Origin: Octopus vulgaris
Taxonomy: Eukaryota
DNA length: 64,000 nucleotides
Assembly: GCA_951406725.2 (NCBI GenBank)
Contig: OX597831.1
Location: 30,938,001-31,002,000 of the forward strand
Direction of reading: 5' to 3'
Shown in pieces: positions 22,766 through 37,911 of the stretch. Below the pieces are notes generated by a model that worked only from the letters and a program-made list of their open reading frames with translations, made no database searches and was not told the DNA's origin. The translations under genes and the position numbers were made by a program. Position 1 is the stretch's first letter. Every line of letters begins with the position of its first letter.

Positions 22766-23089
22766 ATGTGTGTATATATGTGTGTATGTCTGAATGCACG
22801 GACGTGTTTTGGCCTTAGTTTTTCTGCTGCACACGGCAATAAAACATAGACAAGTAATTTTTCTTTTCCTCTCATTAACTTCAATGATATCAAACGCTTC
22901 TCAGTGACTATATTAAGTCAATATATTTATTTAAAACTGAGGGTGTTATATATATATATATATATATACATTGGATATGAATCAAGACATCACTCGAATC
23001 GCAGAGCTAAACGATTGCCTATTTTATTGGTAGTTATAGAGTAGTTCCCTATACGTATGTTTCTCTCTCTCCTCTCTTCTCACGCGCTC

Positions 23090-23707
<618 letters not shown>

Positions 23708-23842
23708 TAAATAGTTATGTTTATATAGATATAGATTTGTATGTATGTACGTATGTATGTTTCTCTTTATAATTTTAAAATTTTAAAGGAAATCGTAACC
23801 GGTTACCTACTTCGTAGTAAGGTTGTGAAGGAAAGAATCTTT

Positions 23843-24007
23843 AAGTAACTTGCTTACGAACCACCTGGTTCCGGGTTCAGTCCCACTGCGTGGCACTTTG
23901 AGCAAGTGTCTTCCACTATAGCCTCGGGCCGACCAAAGCCTTGTGGGCGGATTTGGTAGTCGGAAACTGAAAAAAGCCCGTCGTATATATATATATATAT
24001 ATATGTG

Positions 24008-24068
<61 letters not shown>

Positions 24069-24292
24069 GTGCGTGTGTGTGTCTGTCTGTATTTGTACCC
24101 CCAATATCGCTTGACAACCGATGCTGGTGTGTTTACGTCCCCGTAACATTAGTGCTTCGGCAAAAGAGACAGATAGAATAAGCACTAGGCTTACAAAGAA
24201 TAAGTCCCGGGGGGCGATTTGTTCGACTAAAGGCGGTGCTCCAGCATGGCCGCAGTCAAATGACTGAAACAAGTAAGAGTAGAAGAGTAAAA
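23843..24292 (+). mobile_element. SINE family A, slightly 5'-truncated
   Basis: Starts at AAGTAACTTGCTTACG; internal (TG)n; conserved tail. Confidence 0.85.
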
Positions 24293-24377
24293 GTGTAACC
24301 ATGATCATTTAAATCTTAAGGTCTTCTAGTTTTTTATAGTCTCAGATATCGTGATCATTTGTAGCATATGAATTAAG

Positions 24378-25033
24378 TATGTATGTATGTATGTATGTAT
24401 GTATGTATGTATGTATGTATGTATGTATGTATTATGTATGTATGTATGTATTATGTATGTATGTATGTATTATGTATGTATGTATGTATTATGTATGTAT
24501 GTATGTATTATGTATGTATGTATGTATGTATTATGTATGTATGTATGTATGTATTATGTATGTATGTATTATGTATGTATGTATGTATGTATGTATGTAT
24601 GTATGTATGTATTATGTATGTATGCATGTATGTATTATGTATTATGTATGTATGTATTATGTATGTATGTATGTATTATATATGTATGCATGTATGTATG
24701 TATGCATGTATGTATGTATGCATGTATGTATGTATGTATGTATTTGTGTATGTATGTATGTATGTATGTATGTACGTACGTATGCATGTATGTACGTATG
24801 TGTGTGTGCGTGTGTGTATTATGTATGTATGCATGTATGTATTATGTATGTATGTATTATGTATGTATGTATTTGTGTATGTATGTATGTATGTATGTAT
24901 GTATGCATGTATGTATGTATGTATGTATGCATGTATGTATGTATACATGCATGTATGTATGTATGCATGTATGGATGTATGCATGTATGTATGTATGCAT
25001 GTATGTATGTATACATGCATGTATGTATGTATG
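24378..25033. repeat. Degenerate (TATG)n microsatellite
   Basis: Directly visible. Confidence 0.95.
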
Positions 25034-25384
25034 TTCTCAGGAGCGTCACTAGATCAAAAGTACAAGAGACTATCTTTTTATCATAACTATTGTGTATATT
25101 CTCTATTTAAATTAAATGTTATGGAGTGATGCCAAACTTTTTGCGTCTTCATTTTCTATTTTACTCTACATCCACCCGCTCAAGGACAAACCACTCCTAG
25201 TCACCTTTGATAGGCATTTTCAGCACCACATTTTTTCAGTTGCACTTAGGCCAGAGTTTTTGTAGTAAACCAAACTATGCACTGATAGTATAGACCTATT
25301 ACATTACGTTAATTGACGAAAAATTCCTTGTATATATGTGTGTGTCTGTATGTGTTTGTGTGTGTGTATATATATATACATATT

Positions 25385-25581
25385 CTTTTATTCTATTCCT
25401 TTATTCTTTTACTTGTTTCAGTCATGTGATTGCGGCCATGCCGGAGCACCGCCTCTTGTCGAGCAAATAGACCCCATGACTTATTCTTTGTAAACCCAGT
25501 ACTTATTCTATCGGTGTCTTTTGCGAAGTAAACACACCAGCATCGGTTGTCAAGCAATGTTGGGGTACAAACACAGACACA

Positions 25582-25622
<41 letters not shown>

Positions 25623-25760
25623 ATATGCATATATATATGACGGGCTTCTTTCAGTTTCCGTCCACCAAATTCACTCACAAGGCTTTGGTCGGCCCGGGGC
25701 TATAGTGGGTGCCACGCAGTGGGGCTGAACCCGGAACCATGCGGTTGGTAAGCAAACTAC
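25385..25760 (-). mobile_element. SINE family A with small deletions
   Basis: Similar to other A copies. Confidence 0.85.
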
Positions 25761-25845
25761 AGGGAATGTGTGTGTGCGTGCGTGTGTGTTTGTGACAGAG
25801 AGAGAGAGAATGAGAGTGTGAGTGAGAGATAGCTTGCTAGCTAGC

Positions 25846-25908
<63 letters not shown>

Positions 25909-25909
25909 T

Positions 25910-25967
<58 letters not shown>

Positions 25968-27329
25968 GCCGATGCAAACATCAGACAGGAAATTTAATTA
26001 CTGGTTTTTTATAACAGAAGTCAGTTGTGATATTCATTTTACATTAACTTTGAGGCACTGCTTTTTTACTTTCTCCGTCTGTCGTTGCATATAGGTTGCA
26101 TAAAATTGCATACTGTTCTGTACCGTTTGACTTGTTCGAAACCTCCATACACATGTAAAAATGTAATGATACGGTTGAATCTGCTTATTTTTAATTTTCT
26201 AATATCATTTCGTTTCCATGCTTTCCTTTTCATATGGCATTCTTCTCATTAAAATGCATTCAAAATTAATGTCTTGGTCAAGTCTTTTGTTTTTTTTTAC
26301 TTTTATTTTCCTACTCTCTGTATTCTATTTTCCACTGTGCATGTTCGTATGCAATATATCCTCAGACCATTGCACATATCTTTCGATAGCATGAGAGAAA
26401 ATCAGATTTCGAAGTGGAAGTATTCTAAAACATTTCTTGTTTAATCTCTGATGTAATTCCAAGTTATTTATGAAGCCGGCAGGCATCGTGCTGGTACTTG
26501 CTACCAGTTAAATTACAAAAACCATTTGCAAACAGCCGTTCATTGTATCATAAACATTGATTCTCAAACAGCTACTACACACATCCATACACAATACCAT
26601 TATATTTTAAACAAACGGTGTATGTGATAATAGTCCTTGATGAAATTTCGCCCTAGAGAAACTACACTGATCATAACAATGACTGAATGGATATAATTCT
26701 ACTGAAAACGGACAGATGACAACAAATAATACATCAACACGCAATGAATAGCTTGCCTTTATAGAGAGCTGTAGTTCTTATTAGTGGATTCAAGAGGTGC
26801 GGGAAATACAGTGCTTGTTAAGTGTGAAGAAGGAGGGGGTTTCTTTTGATGTTCATCCTTCTTTGTTGTTGCTATTGTTGTCTGTTTGCCGCGGTATTTT
26901 TATTGTTACTGTATATATATTATTCTGATTGTTGTTGTCTGTTAATGGTAAATATATTTGTTTCTTTTTCTTCCAAACAGCCATCTATGTATTAGTTAGT
27001 TTCGACAGCCTCAAGCTTTCGAAAGGATTGTTGTAGTGTGAATTTTAATGGTGTAAAATAACGGAAAAATCTTTTAACGCGGTATAATATCGAATTAGCA
27101 ACCGAAAAGTTTACGGTTCGAACCCTATCACAGACACTGCGTTACGTCCGTGGCCAAACTTCTCATTATATTCATTGCTCTCTCCCGCGTATCTTTTCAG
27201 TGTATTAACCTCGATATGCTGCAGACACTCTTTCATATAGCCGTATCAAATACTACTTATACAACCCTTCATTTCGACAATTACACCCCTCAGAACTTTT
27301 CTCCAGTGCTATAGGATTGCGGAGTTTAA

Positions 27330-27535
27330 TATTTTATTATTATCATGGCCAGGTTCCAACCCGGGCCGCAGTAACAAAGTCCACCCGCCACACTTCCCGG
27401 TCCGACATCAGTGCCTCGAGGTTCTGGATACACTTCAGTTCAGTTTATGCGATCAACTTGTCGATGTAACTGTGACGACGTTTTCTTCTCACATCTGCCA
27501 TGAAGTGGGTTCCACAACTAATTTGGATTCTTCAT
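27330..27535 (-). mobile_element. RTE/RTE-X LINE 3' fragment
   Basis: LWNPLHG...RRHSYIDKL...LEALMSDREVW resembles the RTE C-terminus; (TAA)n tail. Confidence 0.6.
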
Positions 27536-28026
27536 AGTGATCAGTCTGATCTAGAATATAATCGATTGAACAGACCCTGGTCTAGGCATAGTATCTGTTT
27601 TATCGATCTTCGAAGACTGGAAAACGATGTCGATTCTGGCAGGATTTGAGTTTAAAAATATAATGTTTCCTAAATATAAATATTGTATTTTATCAATTGA
27701 TTCTTTTATCAATGCCTTCCGATTATTAGATAATCCTGTTTTCACAGCCACTTTAAAGCTCATATGACTTTCTGACAGCATAATTTGCTCGAATCTTTGA
27801 CCGTTCCTTCTTGACGGCATAAAGTATTTTCCATCTTTCCAACATTTTTGTATTCAACTATTTGCCGAAACAGAATATCGCTAATTTAATCAGCTTCCAT
27901 TGTTTTATTGCTAGATTACAGTTAATACTGAGAATCTTTAAGCCAAGTATCCTTAACCATGGATATACATTTAAGCTATTGGCTCTTTTTGAAAAGATAC
28001 TTTGCCTAGAACTGGAGATTACGAGA

Positions 28027-28312
28027 AGACGGCGAGCTGGCAGAAACGTTAGCGCGCCGGGCGAAATGCTTAGCGGTATTTCGTCTGCCGCTACGTTCTG
28101 ACTTCAAATTCCGCCGAGGTTGACTTTGCCTTTCATCCTTTCGGGGTCGATTAAATAAGTACCAGTTACGCACTGGGGTCGATATAATTGACTTAATACG
28201 TTTGTCTGTCCTTGTTTGTCTCTCTCTGTGTTTAGCCCCTTGTGGGTAGTAAAGAAATAGGTATTTCGTCTGTCGCTACGTTCTGAGTTCAAATTCCGCC
28301 GAGGTCGACTTT
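28027..28312 (+). mobile_element. SINE family B monomer plus partial second unit
   Basis: Junction AAAGAAATA|GGTATTTCG at 28259/28260. Confidence 0.9.
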
Positions 28313-29121
28313 GCAGATAGTCAATAAACACAGTGCCTTTTACATCCCAAAAACTGAGGTCATCACCTTTCCTGCATATGAAACGACCTTGGCCCTCTGT
28401 CGCGCAGGCGAGTAGGGGTGATTTCACTGCATGACTTGTCTCTTTGTCTCTTTCTCAAAGTGATGCACCCAACATGCGTCCTGGCTTAGGAAACGTTCAG
28501 GGAAACATGCTTCAAATAATGTCAAATTTTCCCGTGATGTTATCAGTAAGGTGCGCTTTTGATCAGGTGTCAGAAGACGTGGTACCTAATGAGCAGAAAA
28601 CTTCGACAAGCCAAGTTTTTTGAGCAAGATATTCTGAATTCTCTCGCTGGATATGCTAATAACATTGACTATTTGATTTATTGTCAATCGCCTGTTATCC
28701 ATCACCATGTGCTGAACACGATCATTGTTTCCTTCAGTAGTGACAATTTCAGGATGCCCAGGACATGCAGGCTTTTGATTACCAGGATTCTCCTTCCCGC
28801 TCCTAAATTCAGTTGTCCACTTTTACACCGCTGATAAAGCTGGAATATCACCCCTTAATGTACCAAGCATGCCAGTATTAATGTCCTTGCGTGCTAAACT
28901 CTTTTACTGATAATACTACGATGCCAAATCTTGTCCATTTTAAAAAGAAATCGGCACTAGTTACTTTTGAAGTTATCTTTGAACGGTCAGATGTAAGTTT
29001 ACTCGGAGAGAGACGATACAGTTATTAATAAGAAGAGATGAAATTAATACACGCAAGATTTTCACAGCTCTAGCATCACTCCTTCATAGTCAGCCTATGA
29101 AATGTTTAACCTACCCTTGTA
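28313..29121 (-). mobile_element. Mariner fragment (left TIR plus decayed transposase)
   Basis: TIR-like TACAAGGGTAGGTTAAACATTTCATAGGCTGAC; AGKVM...FWDVKGTVFIDYL motif. Confidence 0.8.
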
Positions 29122-30961
29122 ACTCCACTTCATCCCAATATGGGATTTGGCCATCAAGAGTCTTGATACTTTATAGTATAGGGCAACATCTTTTTATATT
29201 TATGTTCCTCTGAGACTTTCGACTTTGAACGACATCTGCATCAAAGCCAAGGTACTTTATTTCAAAGCTATAATCATTATTTTAACATTTGTATCCATTT
29301 CTGGTAACGCCTGATATCACAAATCGATAGGATTATATAATCAGACAGTTCCTTCCTTTACGGCTGCTATAACTACTGCTTCTGTTCATGTATTAACTCT
29401 TGGTGCTGCTTTTATATTTGTTTTTTGTTTTTTTATTCAGGGGACTAAGGTGGCGAACAGGCACGATTATTATAGTGTCGGGCAAAATGCTTAAAAGCAT
29501 TCGTTTCTGCTCTTTGCGTTCTGAGTTCAAGTTCAGCTGGAATCAATTTTGTCTTTCATCCTTTCGAGATTGATAAAGTATCAGTTAGGTTCTGGAGTCA
29601 GTGGCAGCGATGTACCACTTACCCTTAATTTTACTGGCCTTGTGCTAAAATTAGGGAGAATTATTCAGTAGTCCTTCAAGTCCCGCTGAGGTCAACTTTG
29701 CCTTTCAACCTTCCTACGTCGATGCAATAAAATACAAGTTAAATACTTATTAAATACTTAAAATGGCGGTGCCCCAGCATGGCCACAGCTTGTGAGCTGA
29801 AACTAGATAAAAAAAAATATCGATTATATCTCCTCATCTCAAAATTGCTACCCTTGTACCTAAATTAGAAACGATTATTCAGAAATTCTTGTACATACGA
29901 CACTAACGGAAAATAGAAAACGAAGCAGATATACGAGCACAGTCAAATAAGTTAGATATGTAAACATAATAGGTACAATGCACAGATACAATGTTTCAAT
30001 ATGAGTTGTCTTTTACAATTTTTCATCATATCATTGTTGTAACCGAAATTATCCTACCTTTATTGCAGTGTTTGAGGTCCTAAGATTTACGCCTTAAAAA
30101 TAACTGAAGTCATATTAAAATCGGTGTCACAATTGGTCATGGAAAAATAGCAGCCATATTAAGCAGAACAGTCCTTCTCATATATTTAACACGTTGATTG
30201 AGGATGATAGTTAGGGCAATATTACTTCTAAATTGAGTATGTTCACGACTACAGAAGAAAACGGCTTGATGGAAAATGTGTTCAATTTTTTAAAGAGACA
30301 ATGAGGTTGAAAGTAGCAGATGCCTTTCTTACATTCAGCAATACGCATACTGCGACAGAAGATTTTCCAAAGCTTGTAAGACCCCACTTTTTATTCTCGT
30401 AGATTATCTATTAAAATGCGGAAAAGAAATTTATTTCTTGCTTATAATGATGTAATAGCAACAATGCGGAGAATTAAGTATTCAAAATGGTATGCACATA
30501 AGAAAGGTTTGCTTATGAGCTCAGCGTCCAGCCAAATGGCTGATGCCACCAAATCTGATTAGTCATGTGTTATTTGTGTAACATAGTTATGGCCATACAT
30601 ACTTCGTCATTTTCAGCATTTGTGCAGAAACAGCAGCAATTACATTTCCTAATGAGATACTATTTATTTAATCCATATTTATTCAATGCTTTTAATAACT
30701 GCAGACCGCTTGACCTTTTCATCAATATAATGGCTTCTAAATTCGGCTTAATGCCACCAAATTCGAAATGCATCTATGGTCCACGGAGGAACGAAAAATA
30801 AAGTCGACAACGGGGGACGGTGGCGAGGGATGCAGTGGGATGGGATTATTGAAATAAGAGTCCATAGAGATGTTTCTGAATATAACAGAACAGCACTTCA
30901 TTGATTCTGTTTTTGCACACTGCATGTGATAATAATAGAGTGCATTATAATAGCATACATT

Positions 30962-31245
30962 GAAGGCGGCAAGCTGACAGAATCGCTAGGGTGTCGGACA
31001 AAATGCTTAACAGCATTTCTTCTGGCTTTATGATCTGAGTTCAAATTCTGCTAAGGTGGACTTTGCCTTTCATCATTTCGTGGTCGATAAAATAAACACC
31101 AGCCGAGCACTGGAGTTAATGTAATGGATTAGCTTCCTCTCCCAAAATGTCAGGCTTCGTGCCTATGGTAGACAGGGAAGGCGGTGAGCTGGCAGAACCG
31201 TTAGCACGCCGGGAAAGTTGCCTGGCGCCTGGCGTCATTTCGTCC
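30962..31245 (+). mobile_element. SINE family B old copy followed by a second head
   Basis: GAAGGCGGCAAGCTGACAGAATC at 30962 and GAAGGCGGTGAGCTGGCAGAACC at 31177. Confidence 0.7.
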
Positions 31246-32763
31246 GGATTTAGAAAGAAAAGTTATGTTGGTCGATATGATCATTATGGCTAAAAATACG
31301 ATTGGGTAATCATGGATTGAATGCTTCTCACCACAGGTTTGCTTAATCAAAACTAGACTGGAATTAGATAACAACGATGATGCATTTTCACTTTTTGAAA
31401 GTGTCCGAAACAGAATACAAAAACCTTGGTCCGGCTACAGAAATCGGCTTTCGCCAATTTTTATTTACTTCTCTATGCGCTGAGCTGCAAGTCCACTGAC
31501 ATGTCCCTGTTGATGTGTTCTCCATTCACTTCTGGTATACTTCTAGTTGGTGTCGACCGCTTCTGTCTCCGAAATGTTCGACATCATAATAGAAAAGACG
31601 TCCGAGTATGCAGAGAAAGCTCGTGTATGACCCATCCAGAGTTGGTCCCACTTCAAAGACAACAGTACCAACGAATATAGGAAAATGGCAATGCCCCCAA
31701 TACCAATGCATACAGGAAAGGAGCAGTGAGTATTCTTGACGGAACGAAAACGCTTCCGAGAGGTGGTTAGTTTGAACACTGAACACTTGCTTGTGCATGT
31801 TTTTTCATTTAAATGTATCTTTCAGGAAGTCTCATACATTTAAATACCATCTCCACATAGTAAGAATGTAAGTTTTTACACACACACACACACACACACA
31901 TACACACATACACACATGCACATGCACGCACACACACACGCACACTCACACATACACACACACATTGATTGATTGTCATCGACATGAAGGAGTCAATATA
32001 TTCCCTACAATAAAAAAACGCGTGTGAAACAGCTGTAATGAACCTCAACCATTTTGTGTTTTTATTTATATTACACCACATCAAGAATCTTCCCTACCTT
32101 GGATCTGGAACTTAAAGTGGACCGTAAAACTGCTCACCGGAGTACGGTCTGTACGTGATTTTCACATATACATCTATATTTATATCGATGGCTATATATA
32201 TATATATATATATAGCTACAAACAGAAGGAAAACTTATGCAGCCATAAAGAGAAGTGAACAGAAGTAACAGAAATTATCCCACGCTAATCTGAGACACAT
32301 TAATAAAGCGCTTATTTTCCTCAACCTAGGAAAGATGGAAATCAAAGTCAGACCCGTTGGGATTTGAAATAAAAACATACAGCATAATAAGAAAATAATG
32401 TGCTTAATACTCTACGGATTTTACTATTTTGAGTGTTTGAAATACAGGATAATCTATTTTTGCTTTCAACAACACTAGTAAACAGCACAAACTCTTTCTC
32501 AGACGATGGCTACTTGACACGTTAGAATACGCTTAACCCTGGCGGCATAACGTTTATTTTACTACGTCGACATTTTGTATTACTATTTGCTGACACAGAT
32601 CATCTAAAGTCTCCTTGGTTTCCACTGTTTGAGTGTTAGATTATACAAGATGTTGAGAATCTCTGAATCAAAGATATCCATACACCTTATAGCTATGGAA
32701 ACCAAAAAGTTAAGGTTTAAGCATTATTTTTATATAAATAAATGAGTGAAAACAAAAAGCACA

Positions 32764-33267
32764 TCTATATATATAAAACTGTAGTTGTGTGAGTGTCTGT
32801 CTCCTACGATTTAGATTCCTAACTCCTCCCACATTTTGCGGTGCAGTTTAACCAAATTCGGGTATCTTATAGTCGTGATTCATATCGAGCCCGTCTGAGT
32901 ATTAGCGCGCGTCTACGATGAGTCTACGATTTTAAAAATAATTTAACAATTTTTTATTCCATTTTAATGCATAATTTTTCGTGTGTCGATGGCGGCGGAG
33001 ATGGCGTCCACGCTCAAACACCTGCACCTGTGTTTGCTTCTCCCCCATCTCCCTCCCTCGTGAAGCTGTGGGGAAGGGAGTTCAAGGAAATCAACGTCGT
33101 AATGCGTTGTCAAGGAGACCAGCGTTCTTTTAGAACAACGACTTCATGGCTTGAAGACACCAAAACAGAAATGGCTAAGAAAGCCCGAATTGGCATCATC
33201 TATAAAGGAAGTAACTCTCTAAGTTATTTCCCTTACAAACCCGAGCAACGCCGGGCGATACTGCTAG
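32764..33267 (+). mobile_element. Non-autonomous Helitron, complete (504 bp)
   Basis: A|TCTATATATATAAAA start; 3' hairpin CCCGAGCAACGCCGGG then CTAG|T; inserted in an AT dinucleotide, no TSD. Confidence 0.85.
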
Positions 33268-33831
33268 TATGATATATTTCCTTTCTGTTCAAATTTCTTA
33301 AAAGGTGAAAGTTCGCTGTCTTATGGTTAGGTTGATGGATTCGCGATGTAACTCCGTGAGTTCGATTCCCAAGTCGACCGAAATGGATGCCTCGGACTAT
33401 CCACGAGAAGATACTTCTTTTCACGATGCTCCGGTCCAGTCAGCTTAAAATGAAATCTGTCTGGTATAGAGTGGCGCCTTGCAGACTGTTGTTATTCCCA
33501 AATCTCGCAAATATTCTTCATAGTGACAACTCACTGAAATGAATATGTAAATAAAATCAATTTTATTTTCCATAGGAACGAAGACCATGTGCTACATCAC
33601 AGAATAGGGAATAGACATAAACGAGATACAATATTGCATGAAAGAAATGAACGCCCATCTTAACAAGCGGGACGTGTTATATGATACTGTCCTAGATACA
33701 TCCAGAGAAAGGCGGAAAGGTCACAGATGGAATGCTTTTGATCATAGGTCTTCTCAGTCATATATGTGTTTGTGTGCATATATGTATGTGTATATATGTA
33801 TGTGTATATACATGTATATATATATATGTGC

Positions 33832-33869
<38 letters not shown>

Positions 33870-33928
33870 TATATTTCTATATATCCTATCTTTCATATGT
33901 ATACATATATATATTCTATCTATCTATC

Positions 33929-33977
<49 letters not shown>

Positions 33978-34178
33978 GACATTCTCTTCAGATATTCTTT
34001 TATTTTTTTTTTTACTTGTTTCAGTCGTATGACTGCCGCCATGCTGGAGCACCGCCTTTAGACGAACAAATCAATTTCAGGACTTATTCTTTGTAAGTCT
34101 AGTACTTATTCTATCGGACTCTTTTGCTGAACCTGGAACAATGCAGTTGAGAAACAAGCTTCTTACCACAGAGTCACG

Positions 34179-34212
<34 letters not shown>

Positions 34213-34334
34213 TGTATGTATGTATGTATGTATGTATGTATGTATCAATGTATGTATGTATGTATGTATGTATGTATGTATGTATGTATGTATGTATGTA
34301 TGTATCAATGTATGTATGTATATATATATATATA

Positions 34335-34669
34335 AAGTCGTAAGACACCTGCTGTTATCCTGTTATTACCATTCTTGTTTTTATTTTTATTTTTGTTTTC
34401 GTTTTATGTATTTATATTCGTGTGGCTTCGTCCGTTTTTCTGTCCTTGTTGCGTTTACATTCGTTCCTTTTTCCCAGAAATCTAAAGCTCACGGCTTAGT
34501 TTTCCTTGGGGCTGGCCGTGTTGGAGCAAATATCAGAATTAATCAGCCGAAATTTGCTATGATCATCCGGTTTCTGACTGAAGATTAAAGGCTTCGAATA
34601 ACCCGTCTGTTTTCTGTGTTTGTCCCTTTGTGTATTTCACGTTCTTGTTTCTTTTATATAATTTTTATA

Positions 34670-34719
<50 letters not shown>

Positions 34720-35112
34720 AAATTAATAAATAAAACATATGCATATATATACACATATATGTACGTACATACATCTACATGTATATATACATGCATATAT
34801 GGGTACAGGACACAAAAAAAAAAACGCCGAACACAATGAGAAACGAAAACATAAACACAAAATCAAGGAAATGGACATTTTTCTTAAACGAAAAAATAGA
34901 GCACAGGACAAATAACACAAGGAAAATTCCCCTTCTTCAGTCGCCTCTGTTTCATCTACTCCGCGTTTCGAAGGTCAAGGCGAGACACGACTTGGGTGAA
35001 ACATTCCTTCCCGCAAAAAGCAAATTAAATAAAATTTGAGATATCTTGCGGAGAGGTAAAAATGGTCACCGAAGTCGACTTTCGAAACGCGGAGTAGATG
35101 AAACAGAGGCGA
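34335..35112. mobile_element. Two T-rich pLTR-like inserts beside (TA)n, one with an inverted partial duplication
   Basis: 34335-34672 lies between TA tracts; ~34940-34972 is the reverse complement of ~35080-35112 (TTCGAAACGCGGAGTAGATGAAACAGAGGCGAC). Confidence 0.45.
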
Positions 35113-35124
35113 CTTACTTGGTAA

Positions 35125-35355
35125 TCTAATACTTATTCTATCGGTCTCTTTTACCGAACCGCTAAGTTACAGGGATGCAAACACAGCAACATCAGTTGAC
35201 AAGCGATGGTGGGAAAAACACACACACACACATTCACTTTGGTCGGACTGAGGCTATAGTAGGAGACACTTGCCCAAGATGAGGTGCCACGCAGTGAGAC
35301 TGAAACCAGACCCAGGTGGTTGAGAAGCAAGCTTCATACCACACAGCCACGCCTG
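35125..35355 (-). mobile_element. SINE family A, deleted copy
   Basis: TACTTATTCTATCGGTCTC...ACCACACAGCCACGCCT. Confidence 0.75.
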
Positions 35356-35493
35356 GATGTTTCAGAATCCCTTTTAGAAATATATAACAAATTTTAAGTT
35401 TCAATTTTGTAATAATTTTGTTTTGTATATATTTTTAATATCTATTAATTTGTTGTGAATATCTTTTTATTCATGTGTGAATAGGTATATGCA

Positions 35494-35574
<81 letters not shown>

Positions 35575-35801
35575 CTATCATTTATCTATCTATTTATCTA
35601 TATATATATATATATATCGTGACATATATTTGCCATTTGAATATGGCTAACCCCTAAGGGTGGATGCTACTGTAGTTTGTAGCCACAGGAGGACACCTCC
35701 TCCAGCTGGCTATAGACACACTTTCTGTGCCCTATCAGTATAAGTTGAAGACGGGAAGGATGGCTTCCCTTCGCAAATACTGGTCGGTCAAGGTTATCAA
35801 G

Positions 35802-35900
<99 letters not shown>

Positions 35901-36215
35901 GTCTATCTAGCTATCATCTATCTATCTATCTATCTATCTGTATGTCTGTCTGTCTGTCTGTCTGTACGTCTGTTCATCTAACTATTTATCCATGCAGCTA
36001 GCTAGTTATCTCTTTGTCTATTGATCTATTTGTATGACTGTCTGTCCGTATATATGTAGCATGTATGTAGGTATGTACGTAGGTATTAATACATGTATGT
36101 ATTAATGAATGGATGTATGTAGATATATATTGTTGAGAGAACAGAGAGATTATTCATTGACCTAAAATTGGCAGAATATAACGGTATTGCTGTTCAATTG
36201 TCCGGAAATACTTAC

Positions 36216-36357
36216 TTAATTCTACTGCGCGAGATGGACCTAGTGTCTGGAACCATAAAAGTAGGGCCATAAACGGAAAATCGTGGAATAGTTCAACTGT
36301 AGCTGTCGGTGGGGTTCTGGGTTTTGAATGCTGCTTATGAATTCCTTGGGGAAGTTG
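36216..36357 (-). other. Candidate host exon (signal-peptide-like, phase 0 to 1)
   Basis: Acceptor CTTCAG, donor A|GTAAGT, open frame ending FPFMALLLWFQTLGPSRAVEL; no homology recognised. Confidence 0.3.
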
Positions 36358-36650
36358 CTGAAGGTTGTGGTAAGATGAGAGGTTCGGCGAATTATTAAAG
36401 AAAGAGAGAGAGAGGAGGCACGACGTAAAAGAGAAAGAAAAAGTGAGAGAGGGGCACGAGAGAGAAAGGGGGACTAGACGTATATTAAAAAGCTCAACCG
36501 ACCGCAACTGATCTCGATCGTTCGTCTGTCTAAATTATTCCTTAAGGGACTTTTGAATCAATCTGTGTGTGTCTGTGTCTGTGTGTCTGAGTGCGCGTGT
36601 ATATAACTATGTACGTACGTGTGCATGCATAAATGTAAACCTTATCTATC

Positions 36651-36751
<101 letters not shown>

Positions 36752-36829
36752 GCCTCCCTGCCTGCCTGTCTATCTATCTATTTATCAATCGCTCTTTATA
36801 TACATCCACCCATATAAATACATGCATAC

Positions 36830-37220
36830 ATGTTTTACTTATTTCAGCCATTGGACTGCGGCCATTGCAGGGGCACCACTTTGAAGGGTTTAGTCGAACA
36901 GATCGACCACAGCACTTACTTTTTAAGTCTGGTACTCATTCGGTCGGTGTCTTTTTGCAGAACTGCTAACTTACGGGGACGTAAACAAACCAACACCAGT
37001 TATCAAGTAGTGGTGGAGAACAAACGCATACACAAAGACATGTACACACATAGGTACATTTACATACGTATATACGACAGTCTTCTTTCAGTTTCCATCT
37101 ACCAGATCCATTCATAAGACATGGGTCTAGCGCACTAGGAGATGACACTTACCTAAGGTGCTACACAGCAGGACTGAACCTAGAAACATATGGATGGGAA
37201 GCAAACTAACTCCCACACAG
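36830..37220 (-). mobile_element. Diverged SINE family A
   Basis: Degenerate tail, GTCCCCGTAAG block and head. Confidence 0.7.
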
Positions 37221-37275
37221 GAACACAGACACACAAACACATCCACGCACATGCGTCTCTCTCTCTCTCACTCTC

Positions 37276-37339
<64 letters not shown>

Positions 37340-37431
37340 TATATATAATGTACTTATATATGAATAATATATGGCCTGTGCTAGAAACACCAGCGATAAT
37401 AATTAATTTTATTTTATCGCATTTTGAATTT

Positions 37432-37469
<38 letters not shown>

Positions 37470-37471
<2 letters not shown>

Positions 37472-37743
37472 TCGTGATCACAGTGACCGACCAGGCTATC
37501 AGATGTTGCTACACATCTCTGGCCACAATGCGCTTAGCATTGTTTTAGCCTTCAAATGACGCCACCCAACAGAAGAGAGTAGTGGCGAAAGAGTACAGCA
37601 GTGATCGCTACCACCCCCTGCTGGAGCCTCGTGGAGCTTTAGGTGTTTTCGCTCAATAAACACTTACAACGCCCGGTCTGGGAATCGAAACCGCGATCCT
37701 ACGACCGCGAGTCCGCTGCCCTAACCACTGGGTCATTGCGCCT
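37470..37743 (-). mobile_element. tRNA-derived SINE family D
   Basis: Head GGCGCAATGACCCAGTGGTTAGGGC...GGTTTCGATTCCC; 3' part repeated at 42920-43035 (+). Confidence 0.75.
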
Positions 37744-37777
37744 ACACACAGACACACACACATACATACATATATAT

Positions 37778-37843
<66 letters not shown>

Positions 37844-37869
37844 AAGATAGAGAGAGCTACTTGCATATA

Positions 37870-37911
<42 letters not shown>

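Noticed and set aside
33575-33663. Possible exon after TTTTCCATAG containing RHKRD
   Set aside because: All frames stop or run into microsatellite with no donor site.
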